The position numbers were made by a program, and so were the translations under genes. Of a stretch of DNA of 64,000 nt, positions 41,597 to 50,398 are shown one piece after another (position 1 is the stretch's first letter; every line of letters begins with the position of its first letter). Origin of the DNA: an uncultured bacterium. GTDB taxonomy: Bacteria; Babelota; Babeliae; Babelales; Babelaceae. Location of the stretch: assembly GCA_963717435.1 (NCBI GenBank), contig OY970332.1, positions 64,001 through 128,000 on the forward strand, in the 5' to 3' direction. A model generated the notes under the pieces. It made no database searches. It saw nothing but the letters and a program-made list of their open reading frames with translations, and was not told where the DNA came from.

Positions 41597-42298
41597 TTAA
41601 AACGGCCTGCGTTCAGACAATGCTTTGTATACTGTTATTCTATCCATATTTTCAAGAGAATAGCCAACTGGTATTCCGCGCGCAAGACATGTGATTTTTA
41701 TATTTAAATTTTTTAATTTACCAGAAATATATACAGAAGTGGCTTCACCTTCTGGCGTTTGATTCATGGCCAAGATTATTTCTTCTATTTTATTTTCTAC
41801 GCCATGCCTCGATACATTCTTCTCCGCAAAAGGCTCCGAAGAACACTCGGCACGAGCGGGCGTCACAGTTTCTTTAAAATTTTCATCTATAACGGGAGAG
41901 ACCCGCCTCACCAAACTATCTAGAGTTAAATCTTCGGGCCCAATGCCATCAAGCGGCGAAATTGCGCCGCCAAGTACATGATACAGACCCATGTATCCAC
42001 CGGTTTTTTCTATGGCGATAAAATCTTGCCAAGTCTCAACAACACAGATAACTTTTTTGTCTCTTTTTGTAGACTGACAATATCCACAATCAGACTTAAC
42101 TTCTTTCCAGATCCAGCATATAGGGCACTTGGTTAAATTAGATTTAACTTCGAGCAATATTTTACAGAAATGCTGTGCTTTCGCTTGATCCATTTCCAAA
42201 TAATAATCCAAAACTTTATACAAATTTTTCGATGCCAAATATGGAACCTGCTGCAGCTGTTTTAATAGCTGCACAAGTGATGGATTTTGCTCTATCAT
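41597..42298 (-). CDS. recR: Recombination mediator RecR (carries an in-frame hairpin element)
   Basis: CPIC..CGYC zinc finger, ICVVE, YHVLGG.ISPLDGIGP, EGEAT, LARGIPVG. Confidence 0.96.
   Translation of the reverse strand: MIEQNPSLVQLLKQLQQVPYLASKNLYKVLDYYLEMDQAKAQHFCKILLEVKSNLTKCPICWIWKEVKSDCGYCQSTKRDKKVICVVETWQDFIAIEKTGGYMGLYHVLGGAISPLDGIGPEDLTLDSLVRRVSPVIDENFKETVTPARAECSSEPFAEKNVSRHGVENKIEEIILAMNQTPEGEATSVYISGKLKNLNIKITCLARGIPVGYSLENMDRITVYKALSERRPF
41804..41859 (+). repeat. Family A palindromic element, copy 4 (in-frame in recR)
   Basis: ATGCCTCGATACATTCTTCTCCGCAAAAGGCTCCGAAGAACACTCGGCACGAGCGG. Confidence 0.93.
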
Positions 42299-42316
42299 GC
42301 TACTCTTTCACAAAAT

Positions 42317-43858
42317 TTAAATCTTCAACATCTCTTGTACTTTAGTTTGCAATACAGCTGCCCATGTCGACACACAAATAAATATCGTAAGACCCGCTGA
42401 AAGATTTGAAGTAAATGCAGCGATAATTAATGCCATCAAAACTTGAGTTAATCTTTGGCGAGCATCAGTTGCAGTTGTAAATCCTTGAACAATCATTGCA
42501 AGACCGACAAGAACGGGCAAGAATATAACATCACTTTGAGACAAATCTGTGATCCATCCAAAAAATGGCGCCTGATAAAGCTCTATAGACCCAGAAAGCA
42601 CTCTGCTTAAAGAAACAAATATTGGGATCTGTAATAACATGGGCAAACAACCGAGCATATCAGGGATGCCCTGTTTCCTTATAAGATCCGCTTTTTCTGC
42701 GGCAAGCTGCTCTTTGTCATGTTTATATTTTTGTTCCAAATAGGCCAACTTTTTTTGCGTCTCTTTTTGACGAGCCATGGCTTTGTTGCCATTTAAAGTT
42801 AACGGTACCATTAGAAGCTTCATGAGTAGAGTTAAAATTATTATAGCCAGGCCGTAATTATGAACATATTTGTATAAATATTTTAGTGATATCAACAAAA
42901 ACTTTGATATAGGATTAAATATCCCATAATCAAGTGTGGACTCTAATCTTGCATCAACTGCAGCCATAGAGTTTATCTCTTTGGGGCCCACATAAAAAGA
43001 CATGCTGTAACTAACAGCCGTGCTTACTTCAGGCGACTCCAAAATAACAAGGGACTTGTTTGACCCAATAGACTTATAATAAGCGCGTCCAACAAAATTG
43101 CCAGAATCAGCGACAAGCGCATGAATAAAATATTTATCTTCAGCGCCTATTAGCGACGGCTTGACCCAATATTTTGTTCCCAGATCTGCTACAGACGTCT
43201 TTTTTATAGAATTTTTTTCGCTATAAACAATACCTGCAACAGTATCTTTATCTGCCAAATTTTCTAAGTAGGGGGCAGGAAATAACAATCTTGGCTGAAT
43301 AACATTTCCAGATTTTGGCTGAATATTAAGATCCAGATCGATCTTGCAAATATTATTATAGATCTTAAAAACTTTGTTAACTCTTACCAAGTCAGTTTCA
43401 GCAAAATACTCAAGCGTTACAAACTCCGAACTATCTTCACGTTTGACAAAATTATAGTAATAAGGCGTTTTTTCGTTAAAAGCTACCAAGAAAGCTTGTC
43501 GCTCTCTATCGATATCATTAAATGGCGCTATAGTTTGCATAGCGATCTCTTCAGTACCGGATTTACGGGCAAAGGTTAAATTTTCTACTGTTGCACCAGC
43601 ACTTGTGAACTCTATAACTCCATAAGCAGTCTTTACTGAAGTTTTGACCGCTTCATAATTTTGACTTGGTTTTGCGTCTGAAAAATCGACTTCAAGATTT
43701 AATGGCTTGGTAGAAATTGGGGTAGCCGGGGCAACAAATTCTTGCCCAGAGGTGGCCTCGCCATAATCTGGAGCGGGCTTATTAAAGAAGAACTGATTAA
43801 TTAAAACTGTGAGACCCAAAGCGAATGCTAATGGCAATAAAAAGTCTGCAAATTTCAT
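42317..43858 (-). CDS. yidC: Membrane protein insertase YidC
   Basis: YVGPK, DYG, NYGLAIIILT, GCLPMLLQIPIF, WITDLS. Confidence 0.95.
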   Translation of the reverse strand: MKFADFLLPLAFALGLTVLINQFFFNKPAPDYGEATSGQEFVAPATPISTKPLNLEVDFSDAKPSQNYEAVKTSVKTAYGVIEFTSAGATVENLTFARKSGTEEIAMQTIAPFNDIDRERQAFLVAFNEKTPYYYNFVKREDSSEFVTLEYFAETDLVRVNKVFKIYNNICKIDLDLNIQPKSGNVIQPRLLFPAPYLENLADKDTVAGIVYSEKNSIKKTSVADLGTKYWVKPSLIGAEDKYFIHALVADSGNFVGRAYYKSIGSNKSLVILESPEVSTAVSYSMSFYVGPKEINSMAAVDARLESTLDYGIFNPISKFLLISLKYLYKYVHNYGLAIIILTLLMKLLMVPLTLNGNKAMARQKETQKKLAYLEQKYKHDKEQLAAEKADLIRKQGIPDMLGCLPMLLQIPIFVSLSRVLSGSIELYQAPFFGWITDLSQSDVIFLPVLVGLAMIVQGFTTATDARQRLTQVLMALIIAAFTSNLSAGLTIFICVSTWAAVLQTKVQEMLKI

Positions 43859-44012
43859 TTTGTAAATGCCTCTTAATTTGTTTTGTGAAAAATTTTATAT
43901 GTAATTATTGAAATATAATACCATAAAAATGTAACATACAACGTGAAATTGTGCTAGACAAAAAAGTTACAACCGAATTTATTAAAATTTATCTTTTAAA
44001 GGGGAGACGACT

Positions 44013-44525
44013 ATGAAGATGGAAAGAAGAAAGCTTCGTATAGGTGACTTGGCTGAGCAACTGGACGTAAAAAGATTTGTTATTAGATTCTGGGAAAAAG
44101 AGTTTGATATGGCATCTTCAAGATCTGACGGCGGCCAAAGGCATTATGACAATACTGACTATCAAAGATTTTCTTTAATAAAAAAACTGCTTTATGAAGA
44201 CAGATTAACCATAGAGGGGGCAAAAAAGATTCTTAAAGAACAGGCAAAACAGGAAGAACAAAACAAGATTCAGGTCCAAGCTTCTTCAAAAATCTCTCAA
44301 GATATTTTCTTGGGCTCTTCAAGCGCAATTAATTCAACTGAAACTCAACTTGTTAATATTTCTAATCAAGATTCAACTAACAATTTGCAAGAGAATAATC
44401 ACGGGGATAATCGCGCAGAAAGTTATTTTGAAAAAGAAAAAATATTATCAAAGCTTGATGGCATGAACATAGAAAAACTTATAGAGTTACAAAAAAAGCT
44501 TATTAAACTTAGGGAAGTGCTTTAA
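44013..44525 (+). CDS. MerR-family transcriptional regulator
   Basis: IGDLAEQLDV..FVIRFWEKEF, GGQRHY, LLYE..LTIEGAK. Confidence 0.88.
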   Translation: MKMERRKLRIGDLAEQLDVKRFVIRFWEKEFDMASSRSDGGQRHYDNTDYQRFSLIKKLLYEDRLTIEGAKKILKEQAKQEEQNKIQVQASSKISQDIFLGSSSAINSTETQLVNISNQDSTNNLQENNHGDNRAESYFEKEKILSKLDGMNIEKLIELQKKLIKLREVL

Positions 44526-44625
44526 AAATTTATAAAAACAATAAATTTTGTATAAACTAAAAAAACAAATTATAGATAAATTTAACTATGAATTAATTTT
44601 TTTAGGGAAAAAATAATGTATAAAA

Positions 44626-44652
44626 CCCTACTGCGCCAAGGCTTCGAAGGGC
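44626..44652 (+). repeat. Family B hairpin element, copy 1 (in ghost 5' end of murC)
   Basis: CCCTACTGCGCCAAGGCTTCGAAGGGC; shares CCC..CT.CGC..GCTTCG..GGGC with copies at 48340 and 58121. Confidence 0.75.
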
Positions 44653-44679
44653 TAGTTTATTTGAGGGAGAAATCTTTTT

Positions 44680-46080
44680 ATGTATAAGAAGGGTCACGTG
44701 CATTTCGTGGGTATTGGCGGCATAGGCATGTCCGGTATTGCCAAGATACTTAAATATCAGGGATATACTATTTCCGGATGCGATAATGACCTTGAACAAA
44801 AAAGCGTAGAAGATCTGCTAAAAATTGGCTGCTCAGTTTACAAGGGCAACAATACAGAAAATTGCAAAAATAATTCTGTCGATATACTAGTTTATTCTTC
44901 CGCTATAAAATCTGAAAATCCAGAAATAAGATGGGCTCAAGACAGGGGCATCCCAACGATCCCAAGAGCTTTAATGCTCGCAGAATTAATGCGAACAAAA
45001 TACAGTATCGCAATTACAGGATCGCATGGCAAAACCACAACAACTTCTATAATTTCCCATATATTAATTGAAGCGCATAAAGATCCCACTGTGATTATCG
45101 GGGGACATTTGCATAGTATTTCTGCAAACGCGCGTCTTGGCAATGGCGACTTTTTGGTGGCAGAAGCTGACGAGAGTGACAGATCTTTTTTGCGACTGTA
45201 CCCAACACTTGCAGTTGTAACGAACATAGATTTGGAACATCTTGAAACGTATAAAGATCTTGCCGACATTAAAACAACTTTTAAGAATTTTTTAGAAAAT
45301 ATTCCGTTTTATGGCAAAGCAATAATCTGCACAGATGATCCAAACGTGAGATCGATTTTACCACTAACAACTGTTAAGACTTTAAAATATGGCCTAGAAT
45401 CGCACGGTGATATAAAACCAGAAATTTATGCAACAGATATAATATTATCACCAGATAGTTCAGAATTTAATATCTGGAGCAACCAAACAAATTTGGGGCG
45501 CGTGACTCTTAATATGCCCGGCAAGCATAATATTTTAAACTCACTGGCAGCAACTGCTATATGTCTTGATGTTGGTGTAAATTTTGAAACAGTATCAAAA
45601 GCGCTTTCAGATTTTAAAGGCGTTGATCGTAGATTTACATTTAAGGGCAATTACAAAAACGCAGAATTTTTTGACGACTACGGGCATCACCCTACGGAGA
45701 TTTTTCACACGTTATTAGTTGCTCGCAAAAGATCTAAGGGCAAATTAATAGTAGTTTTCCAGCCGCATAGATACATAAGAACCCACAGACTCTGGCAGGA
45801 TTTTATTAATACTTTCGCAAATAGCGCTGTAGACAAACTTATTATTACAGATATATACTCTGCTGGAGAAGCCCCGATAGATGGCATAACTGGAGAAAAT
45901 TTGGCGCGCGAGATTAATAATAACCAAACTAAATTTAAAACTTATTATGCAGGTTTTAATGCTGATTTTAATAATATAAAAAATATTTTAGAATCAGAAA
46001 TTAGCGAAAACGACTTGGTGCTAACTCTTGGTGCCGGAAAAGTTAACAAGCTGTTTTCTGTGATTACTGGGGCAAAATAA
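44680..46080 (+). CDS. murC: UDP-N-acetylmuramate--L-alanine ligase
   Basis: GIGGIGMSG, GSHGKTTT, EADESD, DDYGHHP, FQPHRY. Confidence 0.98.
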   Translation: MYKKGHVHFVGIGGIGMSGIAKILKYQGYTISGCDNDLEQKSVEDLLKIGCSVYKGNNTENCKNNSVDILVYSSAIKSENPEIRWAQDRGIPTIPRALMLAELMRTKYSIAITGSHGKTTTTSIISHILIEAHKDPTVIIGGHLHSISANARLGNGDFLVAEADESDRSFLRLYPTLAVVTNIDLEHLETYKDLADIKTTFKNFLENIPFYGKAIICTDDPNVRSILPLTTVKTLKYGLESHGDIKPEIYATDIILSPDSSEFNIWSNQTNLGRVTLNMPGKHNILNSLAATAICLDVGVNFETVSKALSDFKGVDRRFTFKGNYKNAEFFDDYGHHPTEIFHTLLVARKRSKGKLIVVFQPHRYIRTHRLWQDFINTFANSAVDKLIITDIYSAGEAPIDGITGENLAREINNNQTKFKTYYAGFNADFNNIKNILESEISENDLVLTLGAGKVNKLFSVITGAK

Positions 46081-46120
46081 ATTACAGAAAAATTGTATGT
46101 CGCAAACCCACGGAGCTTAC

Positions 46121-47020
46121 ATGAAAAAAATTCTGCTTTATATTTTCATGTCCGGGCTAATTCCATGCGATACAAAATCCATGGACTGTCTTATAACACC
46201 GCCTGAAGATGAAACGCCTGATCTTGTAGAGTCCAGACTTTTTTGCATAAATTCCGCGCTAATTATTGCGCAAATTATAATTATTGTAGTTCTAAAAAAA
46301 AGAAACTATTTCTTTGGGAAGAAAATACTCCCATCAACATTAAATATCGATGGGGCGGTTTATCGCTTAAAACCTATGGGCGCAATTGCCATTATTTCGG
46401 CAACAAGTACGTTAACGTGCCTATATTCGTTATTCATGTGCAGTTCTTTTCCACCAGCTCTAAACAAAGAGGAGCAAATAGTTTGCTCTGAATCAGAATA
46501 CAGAAGAGTGGTAGCAATAGTCTTAGCTTCAATATGCAGTATAATTCATACTACAAATTTGTCCCATAACAATAGCTTAAAAAAATTGAGAGAAAAATTT
46601 ATGGGTAGCCCAATAGAACTAAAATCGAAAATTGCATTTTGTTCAGAATTTTTGGAGAACTTAAAATGCGCAATTTGTTTTGATATACCAAATATTGACG
46701 CAGTCAATCCCTGTGATCATGAAGAACATGTTTTCTGCAGAGCATGTCTAACTGATTGGTTTAATAACATGCATAAACTTCAAAAAGAACATAGTCCTGA
46801 TGATTATTACAATTATGCACACGAACGAAAATATAGTTGTATAAGTTGCACCAGAGAAATAAATGACGATAACACAAAGATAGAAATTTCACGTCCCACT
46901 GCAAAATTATACCCAACAGCAAAAGATATTTTGCAACAACTTGCTGGATGCCATGGGATATTAATTATAATTTATGGGGCGATAATTTATATCGCCCTCA
47001 TAAAAACACTTCAAGTTTAA
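46121..47020 (+). CDS. Membrane protein with RING finger (putative E3 ligase effector)
   Basis: GGAG RBS; signal peptide; four hydrophobic segments; CAIC...C.H..H.FC..C...W...CISC. Confidence 0.8.
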   Translation: MKKILLYIFMSGLIPCDTKSMDCLITPPEDETPDLVESRLFCINSALIIAQIIIIVVLKKRNYFFGKKILPSTLNIDGAVYRLKPMGAIAIISATSTLTCLYSLFMCSSFPPALNKEEQIVCSESEYRRVVAIVLASICSIIHTTNLSHNNSLKKLREKFMGSPIELKSKIAFCSEFLENLKCAICFDIPNIDAVNPCDHEEHVFCRACLTDWFNNMHKLQKEHSPDDYYNYAHERKYSCISCTREINDDNTKIEISRPTAKLYPTAKDILQQLAGCHGILIIIYGAIIYIALIKTLQV

Positions 47021-47023
47021 AAA

Positions 47024-48244
47024 TTATTTTGCCCGTGCTACATCTTTTCTTGAAACCATCTTGGGGCCATCAGAGTTTGGCTTGATATCAAAATCAAATA
47101 TCTCTGTTGGAATAGCGAGCGTGCAGCACGCATTAGGAATATCAACAACGCCGTTAAGTCTACCCTCACATGGCGCTGTGCTTATAATAATATAAGCCTG
47201 TTCGCCAGTGTAACCAAATTTTTTCAAATATTCGATTGCATTCAAACAAGCACGTCTGTAGGCAATATGTGCATCAAGATAATATTGCTTGCCTTTTTCA
47301 TCAACAGATACGCCTTCAAATATTAGGTAATTGCAATATCTCGGCTCAACAGGACTGGTTTCAAACAACGGGTTTATTACACCATATTTTTTTACGCCGT
47401 CTTTAATTAGATTAACTTTAATATCCAACCAGCCGGCCATTTCTACTGCACCACAAAAAGATATTTCACCATCACCCTGGCTAAAATGTATATCGCCCAT
47501 TGATAGTTTGCCATCTTTAACATAGACAGGAAAATATGCCCGTGTCCCTTTAGTTAAATTTTTGATATCACAGTTACCGCCATTTTCTCTTCCTGGAACA
47601 GTTCTTGCGCCCTCTTGAGCAGCTTTTTTTGCCGCATCGCCAGTTAATTTTCCATTAAGAGCATTTTTTTCTGTTGGCAAATTAGCAAGGGGCGGAACTC
47701 GATTTGGGTTGGTATTAAACAATTCTGCTTCACGCTTGTTCCAACTTGCTAAAAGTTCTGCCGATGGAGCGGTCCCCATTAACCCGGGATGAATTAATCC
47801 GGCAAATTTTACTCCGGGAATATGTCTTGAGGTTGCATAAATTCCATGAAGATCCCAGATCGCCTTTGCTGCATCTGGATAATGATCGGTCAAAAATCCT
47901 CCACCATTAGTTTTTGCAAATATTCCAGTAAAACCCCATGGTGAATTTTCAAGTGGACCAATATCTAAAATATCAACAACTAATAAATCTCCTGGCTCGG
48001 CTCCATTAACTCCGATTGGCCCGGTCATGTAGTGCACTTTTGTTAATTCAATATCACGAACGTCATTTGCGCTATCATTATTTTTGATCTGTCCGCCGGT
48101 CCAGTCTATGCATTCTACGCGAAGCTCTGTTCCTGGATCAACTTGAACAACAACAGGAATATCTGGATGCCATCTATTGTGCAATAAAGTTGGCTGATTT
48201 TCTGGCGATTTATTAACATCAACTTTCAAAACGATTTTAGACAT
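47024..48244 (-). CDS. fmdA: Formamidase (acetamidase/formamidase family)
   Basis: HNRWHPDIP, ECIDWTGGQI, GGNCDIKNL, GDIHFSQGDGEI, VVDIPNAC. Confidence 0.93.
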   Translation of the reverse strand: MSKIVLKVDVNKSPENQPTLLHNRWHPDIPVVVQVDPGTELRVECIDWTGGQIKNNDSANDVRDIELTKVHYMTGPIGVNGAEPGDLLVVDILDIGPLENSPWGFTGIFAKTNGGGFLTDHYPDAAKAIWDLHGIYATSRHIPGVKFAGLIHPGLMGTAPSAELLASWNKREAELFNTNPNRVPPLANLPTEKNALNGKLTGDAAKKAAQEGARTVPGRENGGNCDIKNLTKGTRAYFPVYVKDGKLSMGDIHFSQGDGEISFCGAVEMAGWLDIKVNLIKDGVKKYGVINPLFETSPVEPRYCNYLIFEGVSVDEKGKQYYLDAHIAYRRACLNAIEYLKKFGYTGEQAYIIISTAPCEGRLNGVVDIPNACCTLAIPTEIFDFDIKPNSDGPKMVSRKDVARAK

Positions 48245-48250
48245 AAAAAA

Positions 48251-48285
48251 ATCTCCCAAAATTAAACTATAATTTTTAGGGAGAT
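48251..48285 (-). terminator. Hairpin after the S9 peptidase that overlaps the fmdA Shine-Dalgarno
   Basis: ATCTCCC..AAAATTA / TAATTTT.GGGAGAT followed by U tract and ATG on minus. Confidence 0.5.
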
Positions 48286-48339
48286 TAACAATAATTTAAA
48301 TAATTAGTAAATAAATATTAAAATTACTTCTCGTATCTA

Positions 48340-48367
48340 CCCAGGCTTCGCTGAAGCTTCGCCGGGC
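48340..48367 (+). repeat. Family B hairpin element, copy 2 (in ghost 3' end of the S9 peptidase gene)
   Basis: CCCAGGCTTCGCTGAAGCTTCGCCGGGC. Confidence 0.8.
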
Positions 48368-48392
48368 ACGGCCCCGTGAGATAAAGTGCCGT

Positions 48393-50306
48393 TTACTGCT
48401 CATATCTACCTCCGAGATTTTGTGCCAAGAATTTTTCAGCAGCAGTATAAAATTTAATTCTATTTTGTGGTTTGGCAAAACCGTGTCCTTCGTCTTCAAA
48501 TAGCATATATTCATGCGGAATATTTTTTGCTTTCATGGCAGCAACAATCTGCTCGGCTTCGGCTTGCTTAACTCTTGGATCGTGCTTACCTTGAGCAATT
48601 AAAATTGGGATCTTAATATTATCAACTTTAAATAATGGCGAACGAGACTCGATAAACTCTTTGTCCTTTTCCGGGTGACCAATGCGCTTGTATAATTCAG
48701 CACGGCCAGCTTCCCAATAATCAGGTATAGAATTTAACAAAGTAACTAAATTACTTGGCCCTACAATATCAACTGCGCAACAAAAAACATCCGGTGTAAA
48801 TGTTGCACCACAAAGCGCTGCGTAGCCACCATAAGAGCCTCCATAAATTGCTATTTTATTTTTATCTGCGATTCCAGATTCTGCTGCCCAGTTAACTGCA
48901 TCAATGAGATCATCATGCATCTTTCCGCCCCACTCACGATCCCCAATATTAATAAAATTTTTACCATAACCACGAGAGCCACGATAGTTAACTTGCAATA
49001 CAGCATAACCACGATTGGCAAGCCATTGTGATTGTCCATCATATCCCCAAGTGTCTCTAACTGTTGGACCACCATGAACATCCAAAACCAATGGTAATTG
49101 TTTAGGCTCTTTATCTACTGGCAAAGTTAAATAACCATGAATTTCAATCCCGTCTCTCGATTTAAAGCTTATAGGCTCCATATGCGCAAGTTTATATTTT
49201 TTTAAGTCGGGTTTATTTTCAAACAAAAATTTAGCTGTATTATTTAATCTGTTATAAAAATAATAGTTAACTGGCCCATTATCTTTCATGAATGCTACAA
49301 CCATTTTTTCTTTTTTATCGTCAAATCCAAGAACATGAATTTCACCAGTATCTAATCTTTTTAAATTTTCATAATCAAGTTCATGGTTTTTATCAAAAAA
49401 TATTATGTTTCGCTTGTCCTTTACCACAGTTGCCCATAAAATTTCATGGGTATCGCCATCTATTGTAACGCCGGAGATGTCATATTTTGGGTCAGATAGT
49501 AAAATTTCTGCCTCTAAATTATTTATATTTAATTTAATTAACTGCGAAGTATCAGAATCGCGCGCATCTTTCAAATAAATATAATTTAGATCTTTTGCAA
49601 ATCCTACTGGACCACATATCGTAGACTCATCATCACTCCAAGTAAGCACGTGCACAAACTCTTCACCTTTTTTTACCAACAGCTCTTTACTGCTATCTTT
49701 TTTGTTAGCTTTAACTATAGCTTTTATATTTTGATCATGATCCGTTACAAAATCTTCAACATAACCGGGATTTTTATAGATCATTTCAAGATTGCCAGAT
49801 TTTAAATTTAATTTATAAACATCATGAAATTTTGGGTTCTCTTTGTTCATCGAAATTAAAATCGTGTCTGGATATTTTTTATTTACATCAACAACAGTTA
49901 TGCGTCTTTTATCATCATGTTTTAAATAATTTCGAGTTACCTTTGTGTTTATATCTGTTCCGAAAAGGTGCCAACTTTCATCGCCATCTTTATCTTGTGT
50001 ATATAAGATTTGCGAACTATCTGGCGACCAAGAGTATCCCCGCACTCCTCTGTTTGTGTCGCTAGTTACAGGAACAGGATTTAAATAATTTCCAGCATCA
50101 TCAAGATCGCCGACCCAAACGTTAAGCACGTTATTAACAGGTGCAATATATGCCAATTTTTTTCCATCAGGTGAAATCTGGGGAGAAACTTTTTCAGGAT
50201 TCCCAAAAAGAACATCTCTTGGAATCAAGTTGTCTGAAGATTTAATTTTATTATCACACGAACACATAATCACACCCAATAGTAAAAAAAACAGCTTCTT
50301 GGACAT
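48393..50306 (-). CDS. S9 family peptidase (dipeptidyl/acylaminoacyl peptidase), probable lipoprotein
   Basis: VHGGP, NYRGS.GYG, GGSYGG nucleophile, D.RV, DEGHG; lipobox-like IMCSC. Confidence 0.93.
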   Translation of the reverse strand: MSKKLFFLLLGVIMCSCDNKIKSSDNLIPRDVLFGNPEKVSPQISPDGKKLAYIAPVNNVLNVWVGDLDDAGNYLNPVPVTSDTNRGVRGYSWSPDSSQILYTQDKDGDESWHLFGTDINTKVTRNYLKHDDKRRITVVDVNKKYPDTILISMNKENPKFHDVYKLNLKSGNLEMIYKNPGYVEDFVTDHDQNIKAIVKANKKDSSKELLVKKGEEFVHVLTWSDDESTICGPVGFAKDLNYIYLKDARDSDTSQLIKLNINNLEAEILLSDPKYDISGVTIDGDTHEILWATVVKDKRNIIFFDKNHELDYENLKRLDTGEIHVLGFDDKKEKMVVAFMKDNGPVNYYFYNRLNNTAKFLFENKPDLKKYKLAHMEPISFKSRDGIEIHGYLTLPVDKEPKQLPLVLDVHGGPTVRDTWGYDGQSQWLANRGYAVLQVNYRGSRGYGKNFINIGDREWGGKMHDDLIDAVNWAAESGIADKNKIAIYGGSYGGYAALCGATFTPDVFCCAVDIVGPSNLVTLLNSIPDYWEAGRAELYKRIGHPEKDKEFIESRSPLFKVDNIKIPILIAQGKHDPRVKQAEAEQIVAAMKAKNIPHEYMLFEDEGHGFAKPQNRIKFYTAAEKFLAQNLGGRYEQ

Positions 50307-50398
50307 ATTTACCCTCTAATTTAATTTTTTAATAATATTTTTGTTTTGTTATCTTGCAAATATGCTAACAACTGGAAAGAATTATGTAAATTTAAAAA

